DNA of 64,000 nt from an uncultured Bacilli bacterium (GCA_934096985.1 CAKONC010000001.1:494-64493), one strand, 5' to 3'. Positions 29,875-39,219 are shown, numbered from the stretch's first letter. The notes: generated by a model from the sequence alone, not told the origin. Numbers and translations: made by a program.

Positions 29875-31005
29875 CTACTTTTTATAATATACATCAATGT
29901 CAACATAATTATTTATTCCATCAACTTTACCATTACTTGCAAGTTGCCACATAACATAAGGTCCTTTGTAACTTGTTTTTTCCGTGTAATGTGCAAGCCA
30001 AATATCATGCTTTACGGGTAACCAAATATACTCTAAATATGATTTTGAACCATAATGTACTGTTTCATAGCCAGCATTATTTAATATATCTAAATATGTA
30101 TTTGAAATTTCTCTTAAGTCGAATAAGTTAATCTGTGCAGCATTAAAATATTTAAAGTTTTCCCAGTCAAATGCAATTGGTAAGTCAATATTATATCCTT
30201 TTATATTATCAAGTACAAAATTTGCTTCCTCTTTAGCATCTTCGATGCTTTTTGCATACGAATAAAAATATATGCCAACTTTAATACCATTTTCAGTGGC
30301 ACCTTTGATATTTTCTAAATAATAGGGGTCTAGGTTTAATGGTTCATCATAATAGTACCTATATCCAAGTCTAATAATAGCAAATTCTACGCCAGCATCT
30401 TTTACTTTTTGCCAATCAATTTTTCCTTGGTACTTTGATACATCAATACCTATTAATGTATCATCAGTTTTATGTTTTTGATATACGTCATTAAACTCTA
30501 AGTAATTTGTTAAAACACCATTTGTGTAACCGCCTGTGCTTTTACTTTTTTCTTTTATAATTAGCTTAAAATCTTTACTGGCTTTATTACCACTTTGATC
30601 TTTAGCAATATATTTTAAGTTATAGGTTCCTAAAGTATTAACATCATAATCACCTTCAATATAACAATTTGGAGTTCTATCAGCATTATCCATACAACTA
30701 ATTTCATTTGCTATGTCATTTTCATAACCAATATCACGTGTTATTGAATTTGAGACCCAAATTATTGGAGCAGTTGTATCAACAACATTATATTTAATTT
30801 TATAATTTTTATTCTGGCATTTTATAGTTTCTTCATGATTTCCAATAAATGATGTATCAAGTAACTTGCTTTCACATTTAATATTATTAACTATATTTTT
30901 AACATCAACTTTAGAAAAGTATTCAAAAGTATTCTCACTTAGCGTAATATCTTTATTACATCCACATAATAGTAGCAAACTTATTAAAATAATTATCTTT
31001 TTCAT
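29875..31005 (-). CDS. GH25 muramidase lipoprotein with Ig-like domain
   Basis: MKKIIILISLLLLCGC lipobox. DTTAPII Ig-like segment. C-terminal GH25 (GIDVSKYQGKIDWQKVKDAGVEFAIIRLGYR). Confidence 0.7.
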   Translation of the reverse strand: MKKIIILISLLLLCGCNKDITLSENTFEYFSKVDVKNIVNNIKCESKLLDTSFIGNHEETIKCQNKNYKIKYNVVDTTAPIIWVSNSITRDIGYENDIANEISCMDNADRTPNCYIEGDYDVNTLGTYNLKYIAKDQSGNKASKDFKLIIKEKSKSTGGYTNGVLTNYLEFNDVYQKHKTDDTLIGIDVSKYQGKIDWQKVKDAGVEFAIIRLGYRYYYDEPLNLDPYYLENIKGATENGIKVGIYFYSYAKSIEDAKEEANFVLDNIKGYNIDLPIAFDWENFKYFNAAQINLFDLREISNTYLDILNNAGYETVHYGSKSYLEYIWLPVKHDIWLAHYTEKTSYKGPYVMWQLASNGKVDGINNYVDIDVYYKK

Positions 31006-31132
31006 ATACATAAATTTTATCAATAATTATTTGTTAATACAATAATTTTATGGTATAAAAATTAAATAGTTATTTTTCCCTTTATTTATGTGCTTTTTCT
31101 AATTTTTAGGTACTAATTTAGGTACTTATATT

Positions 31133-32263
31133 CTATAAATTATTTAATAAATCAACGATTTTATCTTGTGCAGTAGGGAATAAGTGCATATATACTTCTT
31201 GCATAACTCTTAAACTATGTCCCATTCTTTGTGACATCATTAAGAAGAACTTTGTTGAATCGTTAGCTCCGGATTTTAAATATTCATTTATACATAAACT
31301 GACGTGTGAATGCCTAAACTCGTGAATAGTTATAGCTTTACTTTTAAGATTTGCCAACTCAAAATATTCATCTTTCTTTTTATCAATCCAGTAATCAGTT
31401 AATACGTCACCATTTCCAAAAACAAACCAATCTTCACTAAAATCACTATATTTTTTTACTATTTCTTTATAATGTGATAATTCATCAAATAGAATATTAG
31501 ACATTGTGATTTCCCTATTTAAACAATTCTTTGTTGCAGTAATTTTATATTTGCTATTTTTGGTAATAAAAGAGATGGTTTTATCAACTTTAATGGTTCT
31601 TCTATATAAATCTATATCTTTCCAAGTAAGAGCTTGTATTTCGCCTTTTCTCATGCCTGTAAAGTATAATGTTAAAAAGAAGCAATGATATAGATCATCA
31701 TTTATTACATTTATAAATTTACAATAATCTTCATAAACAATATATCTTAATTTATTTTTATTTTCAACAACTTCATCATTTCTCTTTTTAAAGCGTCCTG
31801 ATAAAGCAACTGGATTATAATTTAATTCAAACTTTCTATTAGCATAAGTAAATATTTCTTTAAAAACAACATAATATTGATTGCAAGTTGAAATTTTAAT
31901 ATTTTTACTTATGAGTTTATTTTTCCATTTTTCAATATCTACTACTTGTATTTCATCAATAAATTTATTTTTGAAATAGGGTAAGATATTGTTTTTATAT
32001 TGTGAATAGTAAGTCAATAGAGTAGATTCTCTTATTCTTTCTTTTGCGTCTTTAAAATAATCATCAGCTACAATATCAAACTTTTTCTTTACGGGTGTAT
32101 TTCTATTTAATAAAAATACTCTTTCTTCGGCTTTTGCTTCTTTCTCTAATAAAAATCTTTTAGAAGTATAAGGGACAAGTTTTCCATCAGCGTTGTGATA
32201 ATATACTTTAAATCTCCATTGACGACCATCTTTAGTCTTTTCTTTATCTTTAAATACTGACAT
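31133..32263 (-). CDS. int: tyrosine-type site-specific integrase
   Basis: C-terminal catalytic pattern GMRKGE...HEFRHSHVS...GHS...YMHL; SAM-like N-terminal domain. Confidence 0.85.
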   Translation of the reverse strand: MSVFKDKEKTKDGRQWRFKVYYHNADGKLVPYTSKRFLLEKEAKAEERVFLLNRNTPVKKKFDIVADDYFKDAKERIRESTLLTYYSQYKNNILPYFKNKFIDEIQVVDIEKWKNKLISKNIKISTCNQYYVVFKEIFTYANRKFELNYNPVALSGRFKKRNDEVVENKNKLRYIVYEDYCKFINVINDDLYHCFFLTLYFTGMRKGEIQALTWKDIDLYRRTIKVDKTISFITKNSKYKITATKNCLNREITMSNILFDELSHYKEIVKKYSDFSEDWFVFGNGDVLTDYWIDKKKDEYFELANLKSKAITIHEFRHSHVSLCINEYLKSGANDSTKFFLMMSQRMGHSLRVMQEVYMHLFPTAQDKIVDLLNNL

Positions 32264-32426
32264 TTTAGCACTTCCTTTATTGTTTTATTTTTTAATAAGT
32301 GCTATAATGTAAAAGGAAACCTAATTACAATTATAGCCTTGTGTTATTTTTGTTTAAGATTGCTAGTCTTAGGGTTTTCATTAAACGCTTGGAGTTGCAC
32401 CTCTAGGCGTCTTTTTTTATTTTATT

Positions 32427-32852
32427 TTATTTATTCATAGCTTTAGCTATTTTTTGGGCTTGCATATCCATTTTATTTTCTTCATAAGCTTCAATTTGAT
32501 TATTTAAAATTGTTTTAAATTCGTTAGGGTTAGTTACATAATCAAACTCAAACATAGAAGAAGCTGTTGTTATCATAATAGTTCCATAATTAAATATCTT
32601 TCCACATAGACCTTGTTTAACTTGAACACTATTTATTTTGTTTAATGGACTATCAAGTTCGTTAGTTTTTATTAAACCAACTTTACCTTTGATTCTACGA
32701 TTAGTTATTTCTAATTTAGTTGTGAAATAATTGATTAAATCTCTTGGAAACCAAACTAAACCAATTAAAATACAACAAGCAAATAGATCAATAAATAACT
32801 TAAAAACCAATGCTACAACTGAAAGCTTAGCTTTTTTAATTGTTTCTTCCAT
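32427..32852 (-). CDS. bPH_2 (YdbS/YdbT-like bacterial PH domain) membrane protein, lysogeny-module moron
   Basis: Two N-terminal TM helices plus EITNRRIKGKVGLIKTNELDSPLNKINSVQVKQGLCGKIFNYGTIMI. Confidence 0.6.
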   Translation of the reverse strand: MEETIKKAKLSVVALVFKLFIDLFACCILIGLVWFPRDLINYFTTKLEITNRRIKGKVGLIKTNELDSPLNKINSVQVKQGLCGKIFNYGTIMITTASSMFEFDYVTNPNEFKTILNNQIEAYEENKMDMQAQKIAKAMNK

Positions 32853-33125
32853 TGCATTTACTCCTTTCTTTTTATATCTAAAAATACCTGTACAAGCATA
32901 TTTTTATTCAATTTTTACAATTCACGCCTAAAAACTGACATTTTAGACACTTTTTATAATTTATACTTATTTTTTTGATATAATCAAATGTTAATTTTAT
33001 AATAGAGCCCCGAGAGGGGGTTAAGTGTGAGTAAGCTAAAGAGTTATTATGAATATCTTGAAAAAGATAACATTGATATTAAAACTTTAATTTTTTTTAT
33101 AGAATATTTCTTATAAGAGATATTC

Positions 33126-33530
33126 TTATTTATTGTCATCTTCGTTTTTCATAATAAAAGGTTTATTAGCTTTAGCAAAATCAATTAAACGATTATAATT
33201 TTCCTCACTTAAATCCTCATTTTCATTTAAAAAACCTTTTTTCTTTAATATTTCTTTTAACAATTCAAACTCCTCTTCCTTGGTTATTTCTTGTTTTGAA
33301 TAGCCATTATTTAAGGGTGGAAAAAATTCATCTATTTTAACATTAAAGATAGAAGCTAATTGAAATAATAAATCTTGATTTACTCCACGATCACCATTTT
33401 CATATCTTGAAATAGCTTGACGGGTTATATTTAGCTGTTCTGCTAGTTCATCTTGTGACATATTTTTTCTTTCTCTTAATTTTTTAATAATGCTACCAGC
33501 ATATTTTCTTAAATCATTTTCATTCTTCAT
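33126..33530 (-). CDS. cI-like XRE-family repressor (no S24 peptidase domain)
   Basis: HTH KNMSQDELAEQLNITRQAISRYENG; divergent from the cro-like gene. Confidence 0.75.
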   Translation of the reverse strand: MKNENDLRKYAGSIIKKLRERKNMSQDELAEQLNITRQAISRYENGDRGVNQDLLFQLASIFNVKIDEFFPPLNNGYSKQEITKEEEFELLKEILKKKGFLNENEDLSEENYNRLIDFAKANKPFIMKNEDDNK

Positions 33531-33555
33531 ATATAGCCTCCTTATTTACTTGTTA

Positions 33556-33575
33556 TTTGTTATTTAAATAACAAA
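33556..33575. promoter_or_regulatory. 20-bp perfect palindrome in switch region
   Basis: TTTGTTATTTAAATAACAAA, overlapped by the direct repeat TTGTTATTT x2 (33550-33565). Confidence 0.4.
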
Positions 33576-33646
33576 CTAATTATAGCATTTATATAAATAA
33601 AAAGCAACAAAATGGAACTTTTTTTCAAAAAATTAAATAAAAGTTA

Positions 33647-33676
33647 TTGACATAAGCACCGATATGGTGCTATCAT
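33647..33676 (+). promoter_or_regulatory. early rightward promoter with embedded operator
   Basis: TTGACA, 18 nt, TATCAT. The spacer contains the palindrome GCACCGATATGGTGC (33656-33670). Confidence 0.5.
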
Positions 33677-33711
33677 TAAGATGTCAAAACAAAAACTAAG
33701 GAGGTGAAACA

Positions 33712-33942
33712 ATGCAAGAAAAATTGATTTTACTAAAAGAACAAAAGAGTTTGACAAATAAGGAAATGGCTGAAATGCTAGGAATTACACCGATTCAATA
33801 CCGAAAAAAAGAAAAAGGTGAAGTTCAATTTAAACTTAATGAAATGGTAAAATTAAGTGAATATTTTGGAAAAACGATGGACGAAATTTTTTTACCATCA
33901 AAGCACCAAAATGGTGCGTTAAATAAAATTGAGGAGGTGTAA
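33712..33942 (+). CDS. Cro/XRE-like HTH regulator
   Basis: KSLTNKEMAEMLGITPIQYRKKEKG HTH; AAGGAGGTG RBS. Confidence 0.7.
   Translation: MQEKLILLKEQKSLTNKEMAEMLGITPIQYRKKEKGEVQFKLNEMVKLSEYFGKTMDEIFLPSKHQNGALNKIEEV
33903..33917. promoter_or_regulatory. second copy of operator-like palindrome
   Basis: GCACCAAAATGGTGC, same half-sites as 33656-33670. Confidence 0.35.
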
Positions 33943-33944
33943 AT

Positions 33945-34052
33945 ATGAGTACAGGCGTACAAATAACTTTAATTATTTGTGTCACTTTGATAGCTCTTAT
34001 CTATATATTAGCTAAATATGGTAGTGATATAAATAACAATAAGAAAAAATAA
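33945..34052 (+). CDS. small single-TM protein (35 aa), below track cutoff
   Basis: GAGGAGGTG RBS; MSTGVQITLIICVTLIALIYILAKYGSDINNNKKK. Confidence 0.35.
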   Translation: MSTGVQITLIICVTLIALIYILAKYGSDINNNKKK

Positions 34053-34080
34053 CTAAGACTAGCAAAGAAGAGGTGGAAAT

Positions 34081-34305
34081 ATGGAAAAGCCTTACTTAAA
34101 CATTACTGAGTTATCAATTCTTTTAGGACAAGGTAGGCGTCAAGCTGAAAGAGTTATGAATCATCTTTTGGAGATTGCTAAGGAACAAAATTATTATATT
34201 CCTGAAAGTAAAAGAGATATTTTGATACCTACACATTTAGTAAAAAAGGAATTGAAAATCAAAGAAGTAATTTTAAACAAAAATAGAAATGAGGTTAAAG
34301 AATGA
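34081..34305 (+). CDS. small DNA-binding protein (excisionase/HTH-like, tentative)
   Basis: LNITELSILLGQGRRQAERVMNHL resembles HTH; GAGGTGG RBS. Confidence 0.35.
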   Translation: MEKPYLNITELSILLGQGRRQAERVMNHLLEIAKEQNYYIPESKRDILIPTHLVKKELKIKEVILNKNRNEVKE

Positions 34306-34610
34306 AAAGGACAAATAAAAAAATAAAAATTAAATGGAAAAATATAGCATTACTAGGAGTTTTACTATTATGTGCATATATAGTAGCTCACGATTTATTT
34401 ATGCTAACAATCTATTCTTGGATTACAGGAAAGTATATAGGGTGGACTTGGTTTGGATTTTTAACATTTTTAACAGCCTTTGCTGTAGGAGGAGAGATTG
34501 TTGATTATTTTGTTGAAGAAATTAATAAAAAAAAAAGATTTATGAATTGGTTGAGAACTCATAAATCAAATGTAAAACAAAACATTTTACTATTAGATTA
34601 TAGCATTTAA
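34302..34610 (+). CDS. hypothetical membrane protein
   Basis: Two or three TM helices. Confidence 0.4.
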   Translation: MKRTNKKIKIKWKNIALLGVLLLCAYIVAHDLFMLTIYSWITGKYIGWTWFGFLTFLTAFAVGGEIVDYFVEEINKKKRFMNWLRTHKSNVKQNILLLDYSI

Positions 34611-34643
34611 TGGTTAAAAAAGCAAAAGGATTGGAGGTAAAAG

Positions 34644-35354
34644 ATGAACGGATTCACTATATATAAAGAATACTACGAACTGATTACCTTACTAACCGAA
34701 AGAGAACAACAAGAGTTATTACTAGCAATAACAAAGTTTATGTTTGAAGATATTGAACCAACATTAAATGATAAGCAAACAAAGATATTTAATAACTTAC
34801 GCAGACCTTTAGAAAAAAGCAAAAAAAGAAGTAAGTGTGGTTCAATTACAAAATCAAACGAAAATCAAGAAGAAAACGAAACAAAAACAAAAGAAAATCA
34901 AAAAGAAATCAAAACAAAATTAAATGAAAATCAAAAAGAGAATGAAAACAAAACACATCAAGATGTTAATGTTATTGTTAATGTTAATGATAATGTAGAT
35001 GTTAATGTTAAAAAAATATCTTTAGAAGAAATAAAAGGAATTATTGAATATCTAAATATTAAAAGTAATTCACATTATAAGTATTCTACTGATAAAACGC
35101 AAACTCTTATAAAAGCTAGAATTAAAGATGGATTTACTTTAGATGATTTTAAAATTGTTATTGATAAAAAATGCGAAGAATGGTTAGGAACTGATTTTGA
35201 AAAGTTTTTAAGACCTGAAACATTGTTTAGTAATAAATTCGAGGGCTACCTAAATCAAAAAATTACAGCTAAGAAGAAAACACTAAAAGATATTTCTATG
35301 AGTGACATAGATAGAGCTATTGAAATTGAAAGAAAGGGTAGTGGATTATTTTGA
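34644..35354 (+). CDS. phage replisome organizer (DnaD-like N-terminus, conserved phage C-terminus)
   Basis: C-terminus IIEYLNIKSNSHYKYS...LIKARIKDGFTLDDFKIVIDKKCEEWLGTDFEKFLRPETLF matches the Phg_2220_C type. Central low-complexity region carries DNA repeats. Confidence 0.65.
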   Translation: MNGFTIYKEYYELITLLTEREQQELLLAITKFMFEDIEPTLNDKQTKIFNNLRRPLEKSKKRSKCGSITKSNENQEENETKTKENQKEIKTKLNENQKENENKTHQDVNVIVNVNDNVDVNVKKISLEEIKGIIEYLNIKSNSHYKYSTDKTQTLIKARIKDGFTLDDFKIVIDKKCEEWLGTDFEKFLRPETLFSNKFEGYLNQKITAKKKTLKDISMSDIDRAIEIERKGSGLF

Positions 35355-35743
35355 CAAAATTAGAATTTTTGAAAGGAATGAAAAAGTTAGCTAATTACTT
35401 TTTAAAAGATTTAAGTGATGAAGAATTAACAAGTTGGTATGAAATTTTTAAGGATATAGAAGTTGAAACTTTTTATATGTCAATTCAAGAAATAGGAAAA
35501 ACTAATAAATATTTTCCGGTGTTGAGTGAGCTATATGAGGAATGTAGAAAACAACGAAAAGAGTTTTTTCTATCAATATTAGAAAACAATAAGTCAGTCC
35601 CTGAAAATAGACTTGGATACTTAAAAAGTATGGTTGATTGGTATTCGATACAAAAAGAATATCCAAAAGAAATAATAAAAGAAGTTCTTAGCTATAAAAA
35701 ATCTAATTTAATTGAAAAAAAGGAAACTCCACTTATAGGTTAA
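35351..35743 (+). CDS. putative replication accessory protein (G39P-like helicase loader, tentative)
   Basis: Position after the replisome organizer; pattern ...W..F.D.....F..........KYFPVLSELYEE. Confidence 0.35.
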   Translation: MTKLEFLKGMKKLANYFLKDLSDEELTSWYEIFKDIEVETFYMSIQEIGKTNKYFPVLSELYEECRKQRKEFFLSILENNKSVPENRLGYLKSMVDWYSIQKEYPKEIIKEVLSYKKSNLIEKKETPLIG

Positions 35744-35748
35744 AAGTA

Positions 35749-35982
35749 ATGGAAGAAGAAAAATTAAGTAGATATTGGAAGTTAAGAAGAGCTTATAACA
35801 CTTTAAATCTAAATTATGATGTTTTGAAAACTGAAAGTGAATATAAAGATCGAGTTATTACTCGTCAAAAAAATGAAATAGCAAAATTAAAGGAGGAGAT
35901 TAAAAAATGGCAACAGCCAAAACAAAAAAAGTTGAAGAGAAGAAAACATATAACTTCGGTGAAAAAAAGACCGAAAATATAA
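35749..35982 (+). CDS. small basic coiled-coil protein
   Basis: 77-aa ORF; overlaps the next gene by 76 nt, so the true end or next start is uncertain. Confidence 0.3.
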   Translation: MEEEKLSRYWKLRRAYNTLNLNYDVLKTESEYKDRVITRQKNEIAKLKEEIKKWQQPKQKKLKRRKHITSVKKRPKI

Positions 35983-36752
35983 ATGGAAAAACTTTACCAG
36001 TAGAATTTATAACACCAAAGTATAAAGAAGCTAGAAATAAAGCTATTGAATTATTGGAAAGTGATAAATATAAAGGAATATTGGAAACAAGTGATTTTTG
36101 GATATTAGTTAATACTTACGCTAACAAAACTAAGGCTATGTATAGCGGATTAATTATAAGCCACGATGGTTGCTTAAAAATAAATGATGTTTTAGATAAA
36201 GAATTAAAATTTAAACCTGAATGTATGACACTTGATAAAGAGGGTTATAATGGCTCTTTAGTATTTACTTATAATTGTCCTGAACAAGGAATCTATGAAG
36301 TTGGAGAGGTAAGTAAAGATAATTGTAAAAATGATTATCCTTATGCTATGGCTTTAAAAAGATGTATGGATAGAGTAATTTTAAAAAATAGTAAAATAGC
36401 TTACTCAGGAATTTATAGTGATAGTGAAGCTGATGAATTTACAAAAAGAATTGATGAAGATGTTGTAGAAGAAAAACCTAAAACTACTAAAACAGCAACT
36501 ACAAAAAAAGCACCGGTAAAAACTGAAACTAAACAAAAAGGTGGAGATTTACCAATTCAAAAAACTCAAGTAGAACTAATTAAGAAATTATATACAGCAG
36601 AGGAGTTAATTCCTTTAATGAAAAAAATTGGAAAAGTAAAAATTGTTGAACTTACTTTATTAGAAGCAAGTAATTTAATTAAATTAAAAGAAAATGCAAA
36701 AGTGGAACAAGCAGTAGAAGTACCACAAGACGATGATAATTATTTAGATTAG
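35907..36752 (+). CDS. putative single-strand annealing/recombination protein (tentative)
   Basis: GGAGGAG RBS; DYPYAMALKRCMDRVILK motif. Lies in the recombination module with the nuclease and SSB. Confidence 0.35.
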   Translation: MATAKTKKVEEKKTYNFGEKKTENINGKTLPVEFITPKYKEARNKAIELLESDKYKGILETSDFWILVNTYANKTKAMYSGLIISHDGCLKINDVLDKELKFKPECMTLDKEGYNGSLVFTYNCPEQGIYEVGEVSKDNCKNDYPYAMALKRCMDRVILKNSKIAYSGIYSDSEADEFTKRIDEDVVEEKPKTTKTATTKKAPVKTETKQKGGDLPIQKTQVELIKKLYTAEELIPLMKKIGKVKIVELTLLEASNLIKLKENAKVEQAVEVPQDDDNYLD

Positions 36753-36764
36753 GAGGAATAGAAA

Positions 36765-37085
36765 ATGGAAGAAAATAAATTAGTAATCGTAAAAGATAAT
36801 GAAATAGTAATTGATAATGATTTTATAGAAAGATATAGAAACTTTAAGAAAGTTCAATTAGAAATGGATTTAATGGAAAAAGATTTTAAAGCTCAATTAA
36901 AAAGTGCTATGGAATTAGTAGGAAAAGATAAATTGATATTAGATGGTTTTTCAGCAAAGATTAAAGCTGGATATACAACAAAGAGATTTGATTCTACAAG
37001 ATTTAAAAAAGAATGCCCTGAAATTTATGAAGAATATTCTAAAGATTCAAGTGTATCAAGTTCAATATCAATAGAAGTTGAGTAA
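36765..37085 (+). CDS. hypothetical phage protein
   Basis: AGGAGGA RBS; coiled-coil. Confidence 0.35.
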   Translation: MEENKLVIVKDNEIVIDNDFIERYRNFKKVQLEMDLMEKDFKAQLKSAMELVGKDKLILDGFSAKIKAGYTTKRFDSTRFKKECPEIYEEYSKDSSVSSSISIEVE

Positions 37086-37693
37086 TGATTGAGTTTATTG
37101 ATGAACCACACATCTATCTAGTAAATGGAGTTATTACTCCTAGTGTTAGTGAAATATTACATTTTATATTTCCTAATAAATATAAAGGAGTTAATAGAAA
37201 AATTTTAAATAAAAAAGCTGAATATGGAACTACGATACACGAATCAATAGAAATGTATGAAGCTAACATTAAAACAATGTCTATAGAAGAAGCGTTTAAT
37301 GTCACGATACAAGCTAAAGAATTAAGTTATATTCAAGAAGCAAGTTTAAGACAATATTTAAAGCTTAAAAATAGATATGAAATAGATGTAATAGAACAAG
37401 AAACAATGATTCAATTTGAACAAAAATACGCTGGTCGTTTCGATATGATAGCAAAGATTAAAGGATCACTATGTTTATGTGATATTAAGACAACAGCTGA
37501 ATTAGATGAAGAATATTTAAGTTGGCAATTAAGTTATTATGAAATGGCTATGGGAAAGAAATTTGATAAATTATATGCTATTTGGCTACCTAAGAAAGAT
37601 ATAGGACAAGTAGTAGAAGTTAAAAGAAAGCCTAAAGAGGTTTTAATAAAAAAATTAAATGAATTTATGGAGGTATATGAAAATGGAAAATAA
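37085..37693 (+). CDS. PD-(D/E)XK family nuclease
   Basis: PHIYLVNGVITPSVSEIL N-terminus; GRFDM...LCDIKT catalytic D/E-x-K. Confidence 0.6.
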   Translation: MIEFIDEPHIYLVNGVITPSVSEILHFIFPNKYKGVNRKILNKKAEYGTTIHESIEMYEANIKTMSIEEAFNVTIQAKELSYIQEASLRQYLKLKNRYEIDVIEQETMIQFEQKYAGRFDMIAKIKGSLCLCDIKTTAELDEEYLSWQLSYYEMAMGKKFDKLYAIWLPKKDIGQVVEVKRKPKEVLIKKLNEFMEVYENGK

Positions 37694-38033
37694 AATTGAT
37701 GAAAAGGTATTAAATAAATTATTAAAAGGAGCTAAAACAAAAATTATAGCAACCGATAATGGAATAGGAATAGAGGGTAAATTACCTGAAATGTTAAGTT
37801 TGCTAGGATTTTTAATCCGTCAAATAAAAGATAGTGGTGTTGATAAAAACTTGTTGAAAGAAACTATAAGAATTGGCTTAGGTGAAAAAGTTAATAAAAC
37901 AAAAGAAAGTAAAGATGATGAAAAACTAAAACATCAAAAAGCATTAAAAGAATTACTAAAAGGATTAAATGAAGCCTTAGCAAAAGATTTAAAAGATTTA
38001 GAAGAAATGTTAGGAGATGAAGAAGATGAATAA
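37677..38033 (+). CDS. hypothetical phage protein
   Basis: ORF after GGAGG; start 37677 or 37683. Confidence 0.35.
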   Translation: MKMENKIDEKVLNKLLKGAKTKIIATDNGIGIEGKLPEMLSLLGFLIRQIKDSGVDKNLLKETIRIGLGEKVNKTKESKDDEKLKHQKALKELLKGLNEALAKDLKDLEEMLGDEEDE

Positions 38034-38466
38034 TGTAAGTATTATTGGAAGAATAACTAAAGATATAGAATTAAGAGCTACAACAAGTGGATTACCAGCT
38101 GTAAGTATGTTTATAGCTATAAATAATGGAAAAGACAAGGACGGAAATGAAAGACCAGCCGATTTTCCAAAGATATATGTTTACGACAAACAGGCTGAAA
38201 ATGTAAACGAATATTGTCATAAAGGTAGCCTAGTAGGAATTACAGGAAGAATTAAAACTAGAACTTGGGACAAAGAAGATGGAACTAAAGGATATGAAAC
38301 TTATATTTTAGCAAGTAGAGTACAATTTTTGGATACTAAAGCTAGTGAGGGAGCTGGAATACCTGAACCTGATTATGTACCATCAAAAGAAGAAAAAGAA
38401 GAAAATGATCCATTCGCCGATTTTGGAGAATCAGTAGAAATTAGTGACGATGATTTACCTTTCTAG
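38017..38466 (+). CDS. ssb: single-stranded DNA-binding protein
   Basis: OB-fold NNVSIIGRITKDIELR...; acidic tail ending DDDLPF. Confidence 0.85.
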   Translation: MKKMNNVSIIGRITKDIELRATTSGLPAVSMFIAINNGKDKDGNERPADFPKIYVYDKQAENVNEYCHKGSLVGITGRIKTRTWDKEDGTKGYETYILASRVQFLDTKASEGAGIPEPDYVPSKEEKEENDPFADFGESVEISDDDLPF

Positions 38467-38473
38467 GTGATAT

Positions 38474-38995
38474 ATGAAGCTTGTAGGTAATTATTCTCGT
38501 AGTGGAAAAAATGAAAACTTTGAAACTGAAATTACACTTACTATACGAGAAAACTATAAACATTTAATTCAAGACCTAGATAAGAACGAATTATATTCAA
38601 TAGTAATATCTAAAGCTAAAGATAAAAGAACTGAACAGCAAAATAAATATATGTGGGCTCTAATAGGTGAGATAGATAAAGCTCGTAATGGTGATAGGTC
38701 AAATGAGGACTATGATATTTACCTTGAGGCTTTGGTAAGAGCTGGAGCTAAATATACTCATCTATTAGTTGAGCCACAGGCTGAATCAATGTTAAGAGAA
38801 AGTTTTAGAGCAATACAGCTAGTTAGAAAAATACAAGTTAAGGATAAAGTCTTTAATGATTATAAATGTTTTTATGGAAGTTCAAAAATGGATAAAAAAG
38901 AAATGCACGACTTAATAGAAACAATATTAGATATGGCTAGTGAATGTGGATTAGATATTGTCTATTGGAAAGATGTATTAGATTTTGAGGATTAG
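38474..38995 (+). CDS. hypothetical phage protein (NinB/Orf-like motif, tentative)
   Basis: KRTEQQNKYMWALIGEI resembles the R-x-x-x-Q-N-x-x-x-W NinB pattern. Confidence 0.3.
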   Translation: MKLVGNYSRSGKNENFETEITLTIRENYKHLIQDLDKNELYSIVISKAKDKRTEQQNKYMWALIGEIDKARNGDRSNEDYDIYLEALVRAGAKYTHLLVEPQAESMLRESFRAIQLVRKIQVKDKVFNDYKCFYGSSKMDKKEMHDLIETILDMASECGLDIVYWKDVLDFED

Positions 38996-38997
38996 AA

Positions 38998-39219
38998 ATG
39001 GGAAAGATAAGTCAAAAAGATATTGTGTTAAATCATTTAAAGAAATATGGAAGTATATCTACTATGGAATGTTATGAAATATATAGAATAACTGATTTAC
39101 AACACGCAATATATCTTTTAAGAAAAGAAAATTACAATATTATTGATGAATGGATTAGTAGCAAAAATAAATTAGGTTGGGCTAATAAATATAAAAAATA
39201 TACTTTAGTTGAAAGTTGA
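38998..39219 (+). CDS. small winged-helix-like protein
   Basis: 73-aa ORF, tightly packed. Confidence 0.3.
   Translation: MGKISQKDIVLNHLKKYGSISTMECYEIYRITDLQHAIYLLRKENYNIIDEWISSKNKLGWANKYKKYTLVES

Noticed and set aside
1-31000. Defence islands, CRISPR, transposons, riboswitches or T-boxes in the chromosomal half.
   Set aside because: I saw no transposase or recombinase genes, inverted-repeat termini, cas genes or recognisable leader RNA motifs. The gene order matches conserved housekeeping synteny.
29875-31023. GH25 muramidase next to the integrase as the prophage endolysin.
   Set aside because: It lies outside the int boundary on the opposite strand. It has a lipoprotein signal peptide and an Ig-like domain, with no adjacent holin. 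It is more consistent with a host cell-wall hydrolase. The phage lysis module is expected downstream of the fibre, beyond the window.
33008-33115. GC hairpin CCCC-GAGA-GGGG and a 29-aa GTG-initiated ORF (33026..33115) between the bPH and repressor genes.
   Set aside because: The hairpin is short and lacks a convincing T-run on either strand. The ORF is tiny, with a weak context. Neither is supportable as a feature from sequence alone.
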